Source of the DNA: Camelus dromedarius
Lineage: Eukaryota
Direction of reading: 5' to 3'
DNA: 64,000 nt
Assembly (NCBI RefSeq): GCF_036321535.1
Contig: NC_087437.1
Location: 53,198,001-53,262,000 of the forward strand
Below the pieces are notes generated by a model, which was given only the letters and a program-made list of their open reading frames with translations, was not told where the DNA came from and did no database searches. Shown piece by piece: positions 1-11,286 of this stretch; position 1 is the first letter of the stretch; every line of letters starts with the position of its first letter. The position numbers and the translations under genes are program-made.

Positions 1-141
1 TTATTAAAAACATACATGTCCATGTCTAGACTCCACATGCAACTTGATAGATTCTGGGGATTGGCAGGGTGTCAGGAATCTGTTTTATAACAAAGAAGTC
101 CCTGGGTAACTTTTATGTATCCTAGACTTTGACGACCATTG
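1..141. mobile_element. MER5-like hAT-Charlie DNA transposon fragment
   Basis: caggaatctgttttataacaa...ccctgggtaacttttatgtat...tttgacgaccattg resembles the MER5 terminal half. Confidence 0.5.
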
Positions 142-449
142 CTTCAGTGGCTTGGCAGCCCCCAGAGCAGCCAGGAGGTGGGTGTGGCAGTGTGGCCAGG
201 CCATGGATGGCAAAGTCCACTGGGCCATCATCAAGCATCTGTAATGTACAAATTCTATCTGTCTGTAAATTCTACTCCCTTCTCTTAGCATCTATATCCT
301 TCAGGATGCCTTTTGTGATTTTTTTTATCCCCTTCAGAACTGCCCTTGGTATTCAGTGGAACTTAATTCAGTTCATTCCTATGAAATCCTATGTCAATCA
401 ATCATTTTGAAGTATTTGGATAAAAGAAAGCCTCAAAGGAAGCTATTAA

Positions 450-855
450 TTAAAGCAACATCAGCCCCAGATAAACTCAGTGGCTTAACACAATAGAATT
501 TCATTCCTCTCTCCTACAACAGTTTAATGTGGGGGGTGGGGGGTGCTGGAGGAAGAGTAATCTGTTTCACACAGTCACTTGTGGTCCAGGCTGCCAGTGG
601 CTCTGCCATTTTTAACATGGGGCCTTAAGGTTGCTCTGGGCAAGGGGCATCCAGCCAGATCTGGAAAGAGTACAAACGGAGGTTATAAGTCAGGCCTGGG
701 AGTGACATTTACCCATTTCCACTAACATTCTAATATTCCATTAGCTAGAACCCAGTCTCAAGGCCATCCCTAACTGCTAAGGAGGCTGGGAAATGTTGTT
801 TAGCTGTGTGTAAGAAAAAAGAGGAAACAGATTGGTGAACTACTTGGCCTTTTCC
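450..855 (-). mobile_element. MaLR LTR, MLT1K/L-like
   Basis: ctcagtggcttaacacaatagaattt ... ccattagctagaacccagtc ... ccctaactgctaaggaggctgggaaatgt are typical reverse-orientation MLT1 blocks. Confidence 0.7.
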
Positions 856-964
856 CGTAGACTCAATTGAAAGTTGAGGGAGAGATCTGGGAAGGCTTCT
901 TGGAGGAGGTGACACTGGCATGAGGCCATCTGGCATGCTTGTTCAGAGTGATAGCTTTCCAGTC

Positions 965-1165
965 AGATAAAGCTGGAATTTGCTATCAGAGTGACTGTAA
1001 ATCAAATCACTTAACCTTTCTGAGCCTTATTTTCTTCATCCGTAAAATGGGTATCAATAAGAATATGTATGTTATAGGATTATTGTGAAAATCAATAGAG
1101 ATAATGCAGATAAAGTGAGTCACTGGTTCTCCAGCTCAGCAGGGACACCATAAATGTTAGCTAAA
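965..1165 (+). mobile_element. MIR SINE
   Basis: Core tcacttaacctttctgagccttattttcttcatccgtaaaatggg followed by ataggattattgtgaaaatcaatagagataatg. Confidence 0.8.
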
Positions 1166-1809
1166 TGTGAATTCAGATTAAGTGGCAAAGAAAAGAGAAA
1201 AGTGAGTTCTGGGCAAAGAGAACAGTAAGAAAGGCTAAAGAGATTGGGGATCCCTAGAATAAGGAGTGGCTTTGGGAGCTGTTGAGGAAGAGGAAGCCAG
1301 AAAAGGCAGGACCAGGCCATGTGTGGAGTTGAGCTGATACCTACATCTAAGTTCTGCATCTGGGGTGCTTCTATTGGTCAGTTGCCACATCTCCTGGCCT
1401 TGGAGGACTGACTGTATGGTATTCCTGGGAAGTTCCCTGTCTCTGTAGTGATCCTCGTACCCACATGGCATGAAAGTGGCAGCCCCATTGGACTTCCTGG
1501 GCCCAAGAACCCAAAGGGCCTGGTCAGTGGCCATCTCAGCAGGAACCAGCGTGGTCTGAGGGCCAGGGAAGCCTCTCAGAATTTTTTGCTCTGCTGAAGA
1601 ATCCAGGGGCTTTTGCTGTACACTCCAGAGGTGGGGTTTGGGCAGTGAGGGGAGAACTCCAACAGAAACAGAGTGAATTACTGTAACCCATCAGAATCAA
1701 GTCTCCAAGTCAAATTTCATTTAATTTAGAAAAGGAGTTACATGACTTTCCCCATTTTGTGGACTAAACTTCTTATTATCTACCTATGTATAGAAGACTG
1801 CTATGTATC

Positions 1810-2371
1810 TGTATTAACCATGTCTTTTATTTTCTGTATTTGGATACTTTGACATCTGGGGCCTTGTCACCCTGGTCAATGCCCACCCTCACCCACTAAG
1901 AGTCAGTCAATTCCTAAAGAGAATGAACAACTTGCCTGTGAGTGTGCCTTTCAAATGCTAATCAACCATTCAGTACTCACACTCCCAACCAACTTACCTG
2001 GCTCCCATATTCTAGGCTATTTCTATCCACCTGCCCTAATCACTCCAGGGCCAGGTATCAGACAACTAGGGACAGCCCCTATACCCCAGAGCACTGAAAT
2101 TACTCAGACTTACCAATCCTAAATCTGTTTATCCTGCCTTGCCTGTTCCTTCATGTGGAAACCATGATAGAGACTCTTGTTCACACTTTCTCCTCAATCC
2201 CTCTGCCTCCTGACTGGCCCTGGTGCTTCTCTGGGTGGCCCGCATGGCAGAGCAGACCCTCTCCTCTTGGAAACTGTGAGTAATAAGCTATCTTTTCAGT
2301 GGCAGTTATCTCCTGGTCTGTTGGCCTTACCATACCTGAATTTTTCTAGAAATACAATCTATTTTAAAACA
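1810..2371 (+). mobile_element. MER74A-like ERVL solo LTR, near full length
   Basis: Starts tgtattaaccatg, contains ccagggccaggtatcagacaactagggacagcccctat, and ends attttaaaaca. TG...CA termini; matches the recalled MER74A consensus. Confidence 0.85.
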
Positions 2372-2374
2372 ATA

Positions 2375-2560
2375 CTATTTATTGTTTATTCACTTTATGC
2401 CAGGCAGGAAGACAGTGGAGTTAGTTTCATTCAAACCTCACATTAACCCTATTTTACAGATAAAGAAACAGGCCTAGAGAGATTGTCACCTCTAAGAGGC
2501 CTAAGACAGGGTGTGAACCTAGGTCTGCCTCTAAAAACTGACACTTTTAATCGCTATACT
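2375..2560 (-). mobile_element. MIR fragment
   Basis: cctattttacagataaagaaacaggcctagagag ... tgaacctaggtctgcct. Confidence 0.65.
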
Positions 2561-2609
2561 CTCTTGCCATTTGTTGAGTGCCTACTGGGTATCAAAATAT
2601 AGCATAAGA

Positions 2610-2850
2610 GATTTGTGGGTGTTAGCCACTGTATATTAAAATAGATTTTTTTTCTCTTTAAAAAGGACAGGTTTCTTCTGTATAGTGCAGGGAGCTATAT
2701 TCAGTATGTTGTAATAACCTTTAATGTAGGAGAGTATGAAAATGAATATGTGTGTGTATATGCATGACTGGGATATTGTGCTGTATACCAGAAATTGACA
2801 CATTGTAACTGTACTTTAATACAAAAATAATAAATTTTTTTAAATCTTAA
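2610..2850 (+). mobile_element. 5'-truncated lineage-specific L1 3' end
   Basis: ctgtatagtgcagggagctatattcagtat...gcatgactgggatattgtgctgtataccagaaattgacac plus an A-rich tail. TSD aaaatatagcataaga (2594-2609) / aaaagacagcataaga (2851-2866). Confidence 0.85.
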
Positions 2851-4699
2851 AAAAGACAGCATAAGACAAGCAGCCAAGGCCATCCTTTGGGGCTTTGGAT
2901 CCCAAGGAAAATACCCTCCCTACCCCTAGCTCCCGGAGATGGCCTAGGCTGCCCCCCCCCCCCACTGTGCTCTTGTCCTTGCCTACTCTTGGGCTGTCCT
3001 GAAAGACCCCAAGAACTCTCCCCATGCTCCATGATCTCCCAGGGCAAATGAGGAGTTACAAATAAACCGCGTTTATTCATCTGTGAATTCCAAGCATCGG
3101 GCTGAGTACCCAACAGTATTTTACGTAGTATAGCACACCTAGCAGGCATTCCAAAAATATTAGAAGATAGATGGATAGATACTCTGTCTCCTGGGTGCAC
3201 ATGTCAGGCCAGCAGGGCCCTCGGGGAGAATAGTCTGAGCTGAGGGCAATGGGACTTACCTTGACAGCCAGGGAAGATGGCTAATTTAGAGTGCATCAGT
3301 GTGACATTCCATTTCTACTGAAATGCAACTCAAAATCCACTTCCTCCAGGAGGAATGCCAAGTGGTGTCCCAGAACAGGACAAGTTGTACCTTCATGGGA
3401 GACCCGAAAGCTGGAGGGTAGAAATGCCATCATTAATCCACAAGGAGCAGGGGACAGGGGCGCTAGTCTCCACTAGGCAGGAGAAATAAACAGCGCTCCC
3501 CGTGTCCCCACGCCTGCCTGTGAAGAACCATGAGAGCTGCAGAAACCGTTCCAGTTCATTTACGGGTCTCCAGCTATTTTTAGCTCATTAATCCCTGGGG
3601 GCCTTGCAGGGCTCACAGTTTGAGACACAAGCTGGAGAAAGCTTTGTAATTCTTTTCATAGAGCAGGTACTCCCTTCTCCACGCATCTACTGGCCACCGG
3701 AGACCTAATTGCTTTTCACAGGCCAGGAAGGAGCATTGGAGTGAGGGAAGGGAGGGAAGTGAGATGAGAAAGGGAAGCTGAGACATAACACGAGGCAGTG
3801 AAGCCAGTGCCTATGGCCAAATTGGGTCAGAAAGAGCAGTCTTTTGAATGCAAATCAGGAAATGTGGATAGCAGCCCCAGCAGGGCCAGGTGCCCGCCCA
3901 GTGGTGCCTGGCCGGCCAGCCGGGCAGGAGCAGTGGGAGACCTCACCTCCTGCTGTTCTTGAGAAGCAGACTGTTGACCATCTAGAAGCTTTCCTATTAT
4001 CATCCCTTCCTAAAAAAACAAAAACAAAACAAAACAAAAAACCGTAAGGGAGAAAGGAGAAACAGCTCAGATTAAGGCAGCTTTCTTCTCATCATCTCTA
4101 ATTAAAAACCTAAATGGTGGGAGAGATGAAAAGCATCACCTAAGAAGAGATCACCTGTGTATTTTGTGAATTGCTGACGGGTTTTTTCATCCCTACCCTG
4201 TTTCTGATTGGCGCAGATAATCAAAAACTGGCTTCCCCTGTCCCCCCCCCCCACTTCTGCCTTTCTGGAAGTAAGGAAAAATTGTCTGACTTTTCCCCTT
4301 CTGTAAGTGTGGACTGCTTAATTTAAGACACTTTGCCAAATTGCTTTTGTTCCAGTGATTTCTAAGCAAATAAGTGCGTCATGGTAGTAACTCAATACGT
4401 GTTGAGTTGATTTGTTACCAAGAAGTTGTGGGTAAATTGAATTTTTTGTATTTGTGTAGGTTGAATCATATTTAAACATCCTGGACAGCTCAAAAGTTAT
4501 AGGACGCCTCTAGTGAACCCTCTAGAGAAACCTTTTAATTGAATCACTAGGTAGAATTGGATGCAGTCATCTGCAGCCTCCTTCTTGAAATGGGTCAGAT
4601 TCCTTCACCCCCACATTCACGTGGCTTCTGGCCCGGGTCTCTGGCTGTGCCTTCTCAGTGTCCTCTGCTGCCCTCCTTGCCTCTGCCAGACCTCGAGGT

Positions 4700-6056
4700 A
4701 CTGGATGATCCCCTGGTCCTCCTTGGGCCCTGTTGTCTTCATTTCCCTCTTCCTAGGTAATCTGGAAGATGCCCATCCCTGGGCTCTGATGACTCCCACA
4801 TTTCTATCTATAGCTGGATCTTTCTGGGAGTTCTAGGTGTGCAAACACCACTGCCTGCTTGATATCCCATCTGCATACCTGATAGGCATCTCCAACTTAA
4901 CACGTGCAAAATTGAACTATGCCTTTTTTTCCGTTTGAAATGTGCTTCTCTCCTAAGGTTCCCCATCTCAGTACATGTAGCACCATCGAACCAATTGTTG
5001 AAGCCAAAAACCCAGAAATCATCCTTGGTTCCTCTCTTTCCTTTACCTGCCAATTCAGTTAATTCAAAATCTTTTTGTTTCTAATCCAATATCTACTCAG
5101 AATCTGACCACTTCTCTCAATACCTCTGCTGTGGTGATTTGGCACTACCTTCACCTCTCCCTGGACGACCTCAGCAGCCTCTTTCCCAGGTCCCTGCTTC
5201 CATACTTCCCTCCCCAGTCCATCCTCCAAAGAAAAGAGGAAGCCTTTGAAAGTGTCAATCAGATCTATCCCTACCCTGCTTGAAACATATAAAAAGAATA
5301 AAGCCCAGGTTCTTCATCTAGGCCTTCAAGAGTCCAAATCAGGAGTTGACACACTGTTGCCCTTGGGCCAAATAACCACCTCCACCTCCCGCCTCTTTTT
5401 GTCAATAGAATTTTATTGGAACACAATCAGACCCATTCATCTATGAATTATCTATGGCTGTTTTGCTGCTCCAAGGGCAGCGTTGGCATGTTGCTGCAAA
5501 GATTGTGTGGCCCATAAAGCTTAAAACAGTTACTCTACGACCCTTTTAAAAAAAGGTTTGTCTTCCCTTTTCTGAATGACCTGGCTCCTGCCTCCTTCTC
5601 CCATCATGTCTTCCTTTATCTCCTGCCTTGTTCACACCATTCTAGGCCCATGTTTTTTTTCCTGCTTGTACTTGGCTCTGTCACAGCATCTTTGCAATCG
5701 GAGTTCTTGCTGGTTTGTCCTCTTCCCAGGTCTTCGCACGACTGCTTCCTCATCATTTATGTCTCGGCAAACACATCCCCTTCGCAGAGGTCACTGTAGC
5801 TGTAGCATGCCGGCATCAGTTATTCCCTACCAGGCGATCCGATTTTATCTTCTTCAGAGTACCTGTCACCATGTCCATGCCTATGTCAGTATCGCTCTAG
5901 CTGAAAGTAAGAAAGTTTGAACTAATCATCTGTCTTCCCCATCAACATGGAAGGAGTCTGAGGGCAAAGACTGCCTTATTCACCTCTGTGTCCCCAAGAC
6001 CTGGTACTATGCCTGGCACATAATAGACACCCAATAAATACTTGCTGACTGACTGA
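4700..6056 (+). mobile_element. L2 LINE 3' portion, interrupted by MER58
   Basis: ataggcatctccaacttaacacgtgcaaaattgaact, aagccaaaaacccagaaatcatccttg, and the terminal gcctggcacataatagacacccaataaatacttgctgactgactga. Confidence 0.8.
5340..5570. mobile_element. MER58A-like hAT-Charlie element
   Basis: ttttattggaacacaatcagacccattcat...tatctatggctgttttgctgct...gtggcccataaagcttaaaa. Confidence 0.75.
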
Positions 6057-6214
6057 GTCTTTGCAAAGCAAGTTATTCTCTGATATAAACAAGCAGGATT
6101 TCCTTTGTTATGCAAGTTCAGATATTCATACATCAAATTGTCTTGAGTCTCTATATAATTCTTTGCTGGCCAAATTCTTTTGAAAATTATGTGTTGTTAT
6201 TTTTCTTGTTTTAT

Positions 6215-6432
6215 AATTACCATCAACCATTGAGTACTCAGTGCCAGCTAAACACATTACATATATTACCCCATATTAATTCTTATAACAACCCCATGAG
6301 GGAGGTGTTGCTATCTCCCTTTATAGGTGAGGAAATGGACACCCAGTTGCTAATAACTTGCCCTGGGTCACACAGCTAGAAATTTACGGAACCCACGGCT
6401 GTGTGACTTTGAATCCCATGTTGTTACTGTTA
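6215..6432 (-). mobile_element. MIR SINE
   Basis: taattcttataacaaccccatgagggaggtg...tttataggtgaggaaatgga...taacttgccctgggtcacacagctag. Confidence 0.8.
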
Positions 6433-8904
6433 CCTCAAGCTGTGGGTGAGTCCCCACCCCTCACCACAGTGCTTTTCCTCCATAATCAGCAAATCTTGAT
6501 GCATCAGTGGAATAGCTTACACTATACTGTCAGGCTCTCGGATAAATTTAGACATCTCTACATCAATATCACCAAAGGCATAAGATGTTACCATTATCTT
6601 CAGATTTTTTTTTCAACCAGAAAGTTGACACAGTAGACAGTTCTGAGAAACCCCAAACATCTCCCTGCCTACGTATCCTGCCATTGGTGACTAATTTGGG
6701 GTTTGTAGAGATTATTCTGCTTTTAAGAGTTTTTGGTAAAAGGCAAACAGCTCCAGGCAGGGTAGCACTTTATCAGAGATGAGTTGACAGCTGCCTGACT
6801 GTGGAGCCCTGGAGAGGAGGAGCCAGACAGACAGAGTAGAGAAGGAGAGAGATTTGGAAGAGTTGAAGGCATCTCTTGTCCATTTTGTTCAACCTCAGCA
6901 AGTTGGAACATTTAATGACAGAGAAGGATGCTCTCCCTATGATTGAGTAAGTACACACAGGGTCTCCCCTGGTATGTTACACTGAGTGTGCACAATGTGA
7001 TCCCCTTCCCCGCATGCACAGGAAAGTGATCAGAAGACCCCACACCTATTAACAAGCTCATGTCCGAGTGGTGAAGGTATGAGTGATTTTCCTTTTCCAT
7101 TTTTGCTTTCATAGATTTTCTAGATTTTTTTCAGGGAACATGTATTCCATTTTGAATAATACAAACAGAATAAAGAAAAGGAAATCTCTCCCAGAGGGCC
7201 CTTCCCTTCCCCCTTAGTCCTCCACTGGGTGACTGGGCCATTCCCATGGCTGCCGAAAGGGCCCCTTCCTGGAAGCCCTCTTGGCTCCAATGAATCCTGC
7301 ACACAGTTGCTAAGTTAAAGCATAGCTCAGATCATGTCCTACTTAAAGGACTGTCTGATCATGTACCTACCCAAGCAGAGTAACCCAAGCAGTTACTCTC
7401 CTGGGCTACAATGCTGGGCAGACATCTCAGAGAGGAGAGGTCAGGCCCCCCAAAAGGCAGGTGTGTGATGCTGGGTGATTTCCATAGTCACTGCCCAATC
7501 CAGCTCTGAGGACGAAGGAGCCCTGTGGCCTGGGTTAGCCTTGGATTGGGGGGTGGGTGCTGGGGGGTGGGGTCAGCTTTATGAATAGTTCCCTTTGACC
7601 TACAGTCAGCTGAGCCAAACACATGGCCCAAGGGCCCCAGAAGCAAGTTCTGGGTTTAGCTGAGAACAGCCTTCAGAGCACTTGATGAAGGAAGCTTCCT
7701 CAGATGGCTCCCAAATGCCCTAAGCCTTACAGCTGCTGCGTTTCTGCCTCAAACACAGTGGTAGTGCTCAGGGTAAGTCAGGGACTGCACTGAGGAAAGC
7801 GCCTCATCCCTTGCCAACCCCATGCACACAGACATGCCTCTGGGGGAGTTTAAAGACACTCGGGAAGACACGGAGGCGGGCGTCAGCATTATCTCAATTA
7901 CACATCTCTCCTGAATTAGCCTAGAAAACTTTGGCCGGAAGAAGACAGTCTGCTTAGTGTGCAGGGCCCTTATCAAATCAGGCTGCAGCAGCAGCACGAG
8001 TCTCCTGCGGCCAGCCCATTTCAGCGGGGGCAGACCAGGAGGAACCTGGGGTAAGGAAATATCAGCAAGTGGAAAAGAGCTTGTTGTGAAGTAAGATGAG
8101 TCCATGTTTGTAAAAGCATGTGGAAAATATTTGTATACTATGCATCTAGAAATAGGGTGGAACTTGGTGCGACAAATGTTAAAAGTGATGAGATTTATTT
8201 ATTTGTGTCTGTGTGTCCACATGTGCTTTTCAGTATTTTCAAATATTTTCTATGACCAACGTGCATTATTTTGGGAAACAGATAAGAACATTTTTGCTTT
8301 TAGAAATTAAAAGTAATCAAAGCACCAAAACAAGAACTGTTGCCATTTAGCAGGTCACCATGCACTTTTCTCTTCTTTCATGAATATTTAAAATTTTTAT
8401 GAATTAAGAAAAACCATTTATAATTCCATCGCTTTGACATAAACATTATTAACATCTTTAATGTTGCTTATATTATTTTCCTACCTTATATTAACATAAA
8501 TTCATATTATAGTAAAAAAAACCTTGTTAAGTATGGGATATCTGTATCTTTGCTGGGTTTTGTTCATAACCAGTACCAGATAATCAGGTCAACTGATTTG
8601 TCTTTGTAAGCTAAGCATGATGTGTGATATGAATTGTTTCAGGGTCTTGTACCCCCCAAAATATACATGTTTAAAAAATATATATTCCTAGTAAAGACTA
8701 GTCTACTTGGCCTTATCCAAATGATAAATGATTTCTGTATTATTTAACAGGTATTTGAATAATCATGAGTCTGATGAAGTCTTGCCAAAGTCTGAAGACA
8801 GGCAGTCAGCTGGGGTGTGGAGGGGGGTGGTGTTCCTGTTTAATAACACCTAAATGAGTGTCTCAAAACTGAGGAACCTAAAAACAAAGGGAAAAAACCA
8901 AATA

Positions 8905-9905
8905 CACTGTTTTTAAAGTCAAGTTTACTGAGATGAAATTCACCTTTTCACTGTACAGTTCTGTGAATTTTAACAAATATACACAATTTGTTGTGTGTGT
9001 CAATACTTTTTATGCTGATTGGTACTATGTTGTATGGATGTACCCCAGTTTTCTATCCATTCACTGGTTGAAGAACATTGTTTCAGCTTTTTGGCAATTA
9101 TGAGTAAAGCTACTATAAATATTCTAGTACAGATCATTGTGTGAACGTCGGTTTTCTTTTCTTTCTTTTTCTTTTTCTTTTTTTTTTTTTTTGATATTCA
9201 AGAGTGGATTGCTGGATCATATGGTTAGTATATGTCTAACTTTATTTTAAAGACTATCAAACACTTTTCAAATGTGGCTTACCATTTTGTGTTCCCATCA
9301 GGAATGTATGACGGATACAGTTGCTCGACATCTTTGCCAGCATTTATTGGTGGTGGGTTTTTAGCCATTCTGATAGACTTACACACCAAGCTTGTGGTTA
9401 TTCGAACACATTTCATTTGTATTTCCCTCATTCTTAAAGGTGTTGAGCATGCTTTCGTGTATGTACTTACCTCCTATCCACATATCTTCTTTCCAGAAAA
9501 GTCTGCTAATATCTTTTGCCAATTTAAAAAATTGGTTTGTTTGCTTTCTTATTATTGTTTGGAGAGTTCTGGAATCAAGGACCTTATCAGATATGTGTTT
9601 TGCAAATATTTTCTTCCATTCTGTGGCTTGTCTTTTTGTTCTCTTAATAGTATCTTTTGAAGAGTAGATGTTTTAATTTTGACAAGGTCCAATTTAATCA
9701 TTGTTGTCTTTTATGAATCCTACTTTTGGTGTTAGCTCTGAGAAAGTTTCATTTAACCTCAGATTGCAAAGATTTCTTCCTATGTTTTCTTCTATTTCTT
9801 CTAGAAGTTTTATAGTTTTACATTTGAGTCTATGATCCATTTTGAGGTTTTTTGTTTTTTTGTTTTTTTCATATTTGATGCTAGGCATGGATCAGAGTTT
9901 CTTTT
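8905..9905 (-). mobile_element. Old L1 (L1M) ORF2 C-terminus / 3'UTR fragment
   Basis: gagtggattgctggatcatatgg, ttatcagatatgtgttttgcaaatattttcttccattctgtggcttgtc, tctagaagttttatagttttacatttgagtctatgatccattttgag. Confidence 0.85.
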
Positions 9906-10396
9906 TATGCCTCTGGCTGACTGTCAAAACCACTTTTGAGTGACCTGTAACATAGGTTTACTGGACAGTTAAGAACACATATAGTTAATTACAATGTGTT
10001 TACCTATATATCCTCAGTAAGTCCTTTAATTATTGAGTTATCCAATTGTTCCTTAAGTACCTGCTATAATCCAGGATACTAACCATGAATGACCACTGCC
10101 CTTAAGATGTTTATCATCTAGTATAGGAGAAACGTATGTCAATCAGAACTATAATATAATGCAGAGAAAAACAAGTTGCATATCATCCTCTCAGGCCTAA
10201 AATCTGAATCATTTTATCATTCATGTCAAGTGTATACTAGAGTGTTCAAGAAGAAGCCATATGATGAACTAAAAATGAAGATGACCAAGTAACTGACCCA
10301 TCTCATGGGACAGCTAGCCCCTAGGGAACATGGCAGAAATGCCAAGTCAGGATGTTTGAATACTTCCTTATAAATGACAGGCACCTGAATGTCTAA

Positions 10397-11286
10397 ATGA
10401 GCAAACTGAAATGCTGGAGAGCTAATGAGAACTTTGATCTTGGGAACAACTCAATATGCAGCTTTAATCAAGTCACTTCAGCATCCTGGGCCTCAGTTTC
10501 CACATCTGTAAAGTAAGAAACTTGGCTTATGTGCTCTGTGCGTTCCTTTAAGGAAAAAAAAAAAGCAAAAATTTGTAAGTTTGGTGCTACAGTACTAAAC
10601 GTTGAAGGTTACATTCACATTCAGGTAAGTTAATAGGTGCTAGACTAAACGATGTAATTATTGAAACCTGCAATATAATATATGGATGGTAAATGAATAA
10701 AAGGATATTTCTCATAAATTAAAATTAAGAGAGACTTGTACACCATATTTTAGGGGTGGTAAAGAGCATTCAAGAGAAAATGAATTCATGGACATTACAG
10801 ATAACAAGTTTCTGCACAAAGTTTATTACAGTATTTTCCCATATCAGTGATAACTCAGTACCCACCCCATTATGTCCAGGGACATACCTAAGAGATAAGT
10901 AAAAGATATGAAAACAAGGACATTTTTCTGAGTGATGAACTAGATGGAGCAGGGATCCAAGTAAGGGATTGGCCTTAGTTAACATTTTTATGTGTCACGT
11001 GGAAAAGAATGAAACTGACATTAAGCATCTCTGATTTGTGAGTGTCAGTTCAATAGTAACAAAGTCTTGTGTAATCTTATAAAGCTGGATGTTTTAGGTA
11101 AGCAAATTTATATTTACAAGGTGATGGGGAGTCAAAGGACCAGGAAAGAACAAGGACAATGACTTTTGTAGTCCCCAAAGGTAAGAAATCTCTAGACTTT
11201 TAGAGCTTGTACGTCAAAGATGGGCAAACTGAAATGCTGGAGAGCTAATGAGAACTTTGATCTTGGGAACAACTCAATTTGCAGCT
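10397..11286 (+). repeat. 67-bp direct repeat, copies at 10397-10463 and 11220-11286
   Basis: atg(a/g)gcaaactgaaatgctggagagctaatgagaactttgatcttgggaacaactcaat(a/t)tgcagct; 65/67 identical. Confidence 0.95.
10464..10550 (+). mobile_element. MIR core fragment
   Basis: caagtcacttcagcatcctgggcctcagtttccacatctgtaaagt. Confidence 0.7.

Noticed and set aside
3250..3400. Strong minus-strand donor (caag/gtaagt near 3255-3263), plus a + strand acceptor-like site near 13381
   Set aside because: Isolated splice-like motifs with no partner exon or reading frame. Not supportable without RNA data.
9232..9667. Hydrophobic 142-aa and 91-aa ORFs
   Set aside because: Antisense reading of T-rich L1 sequence, a common artefact.
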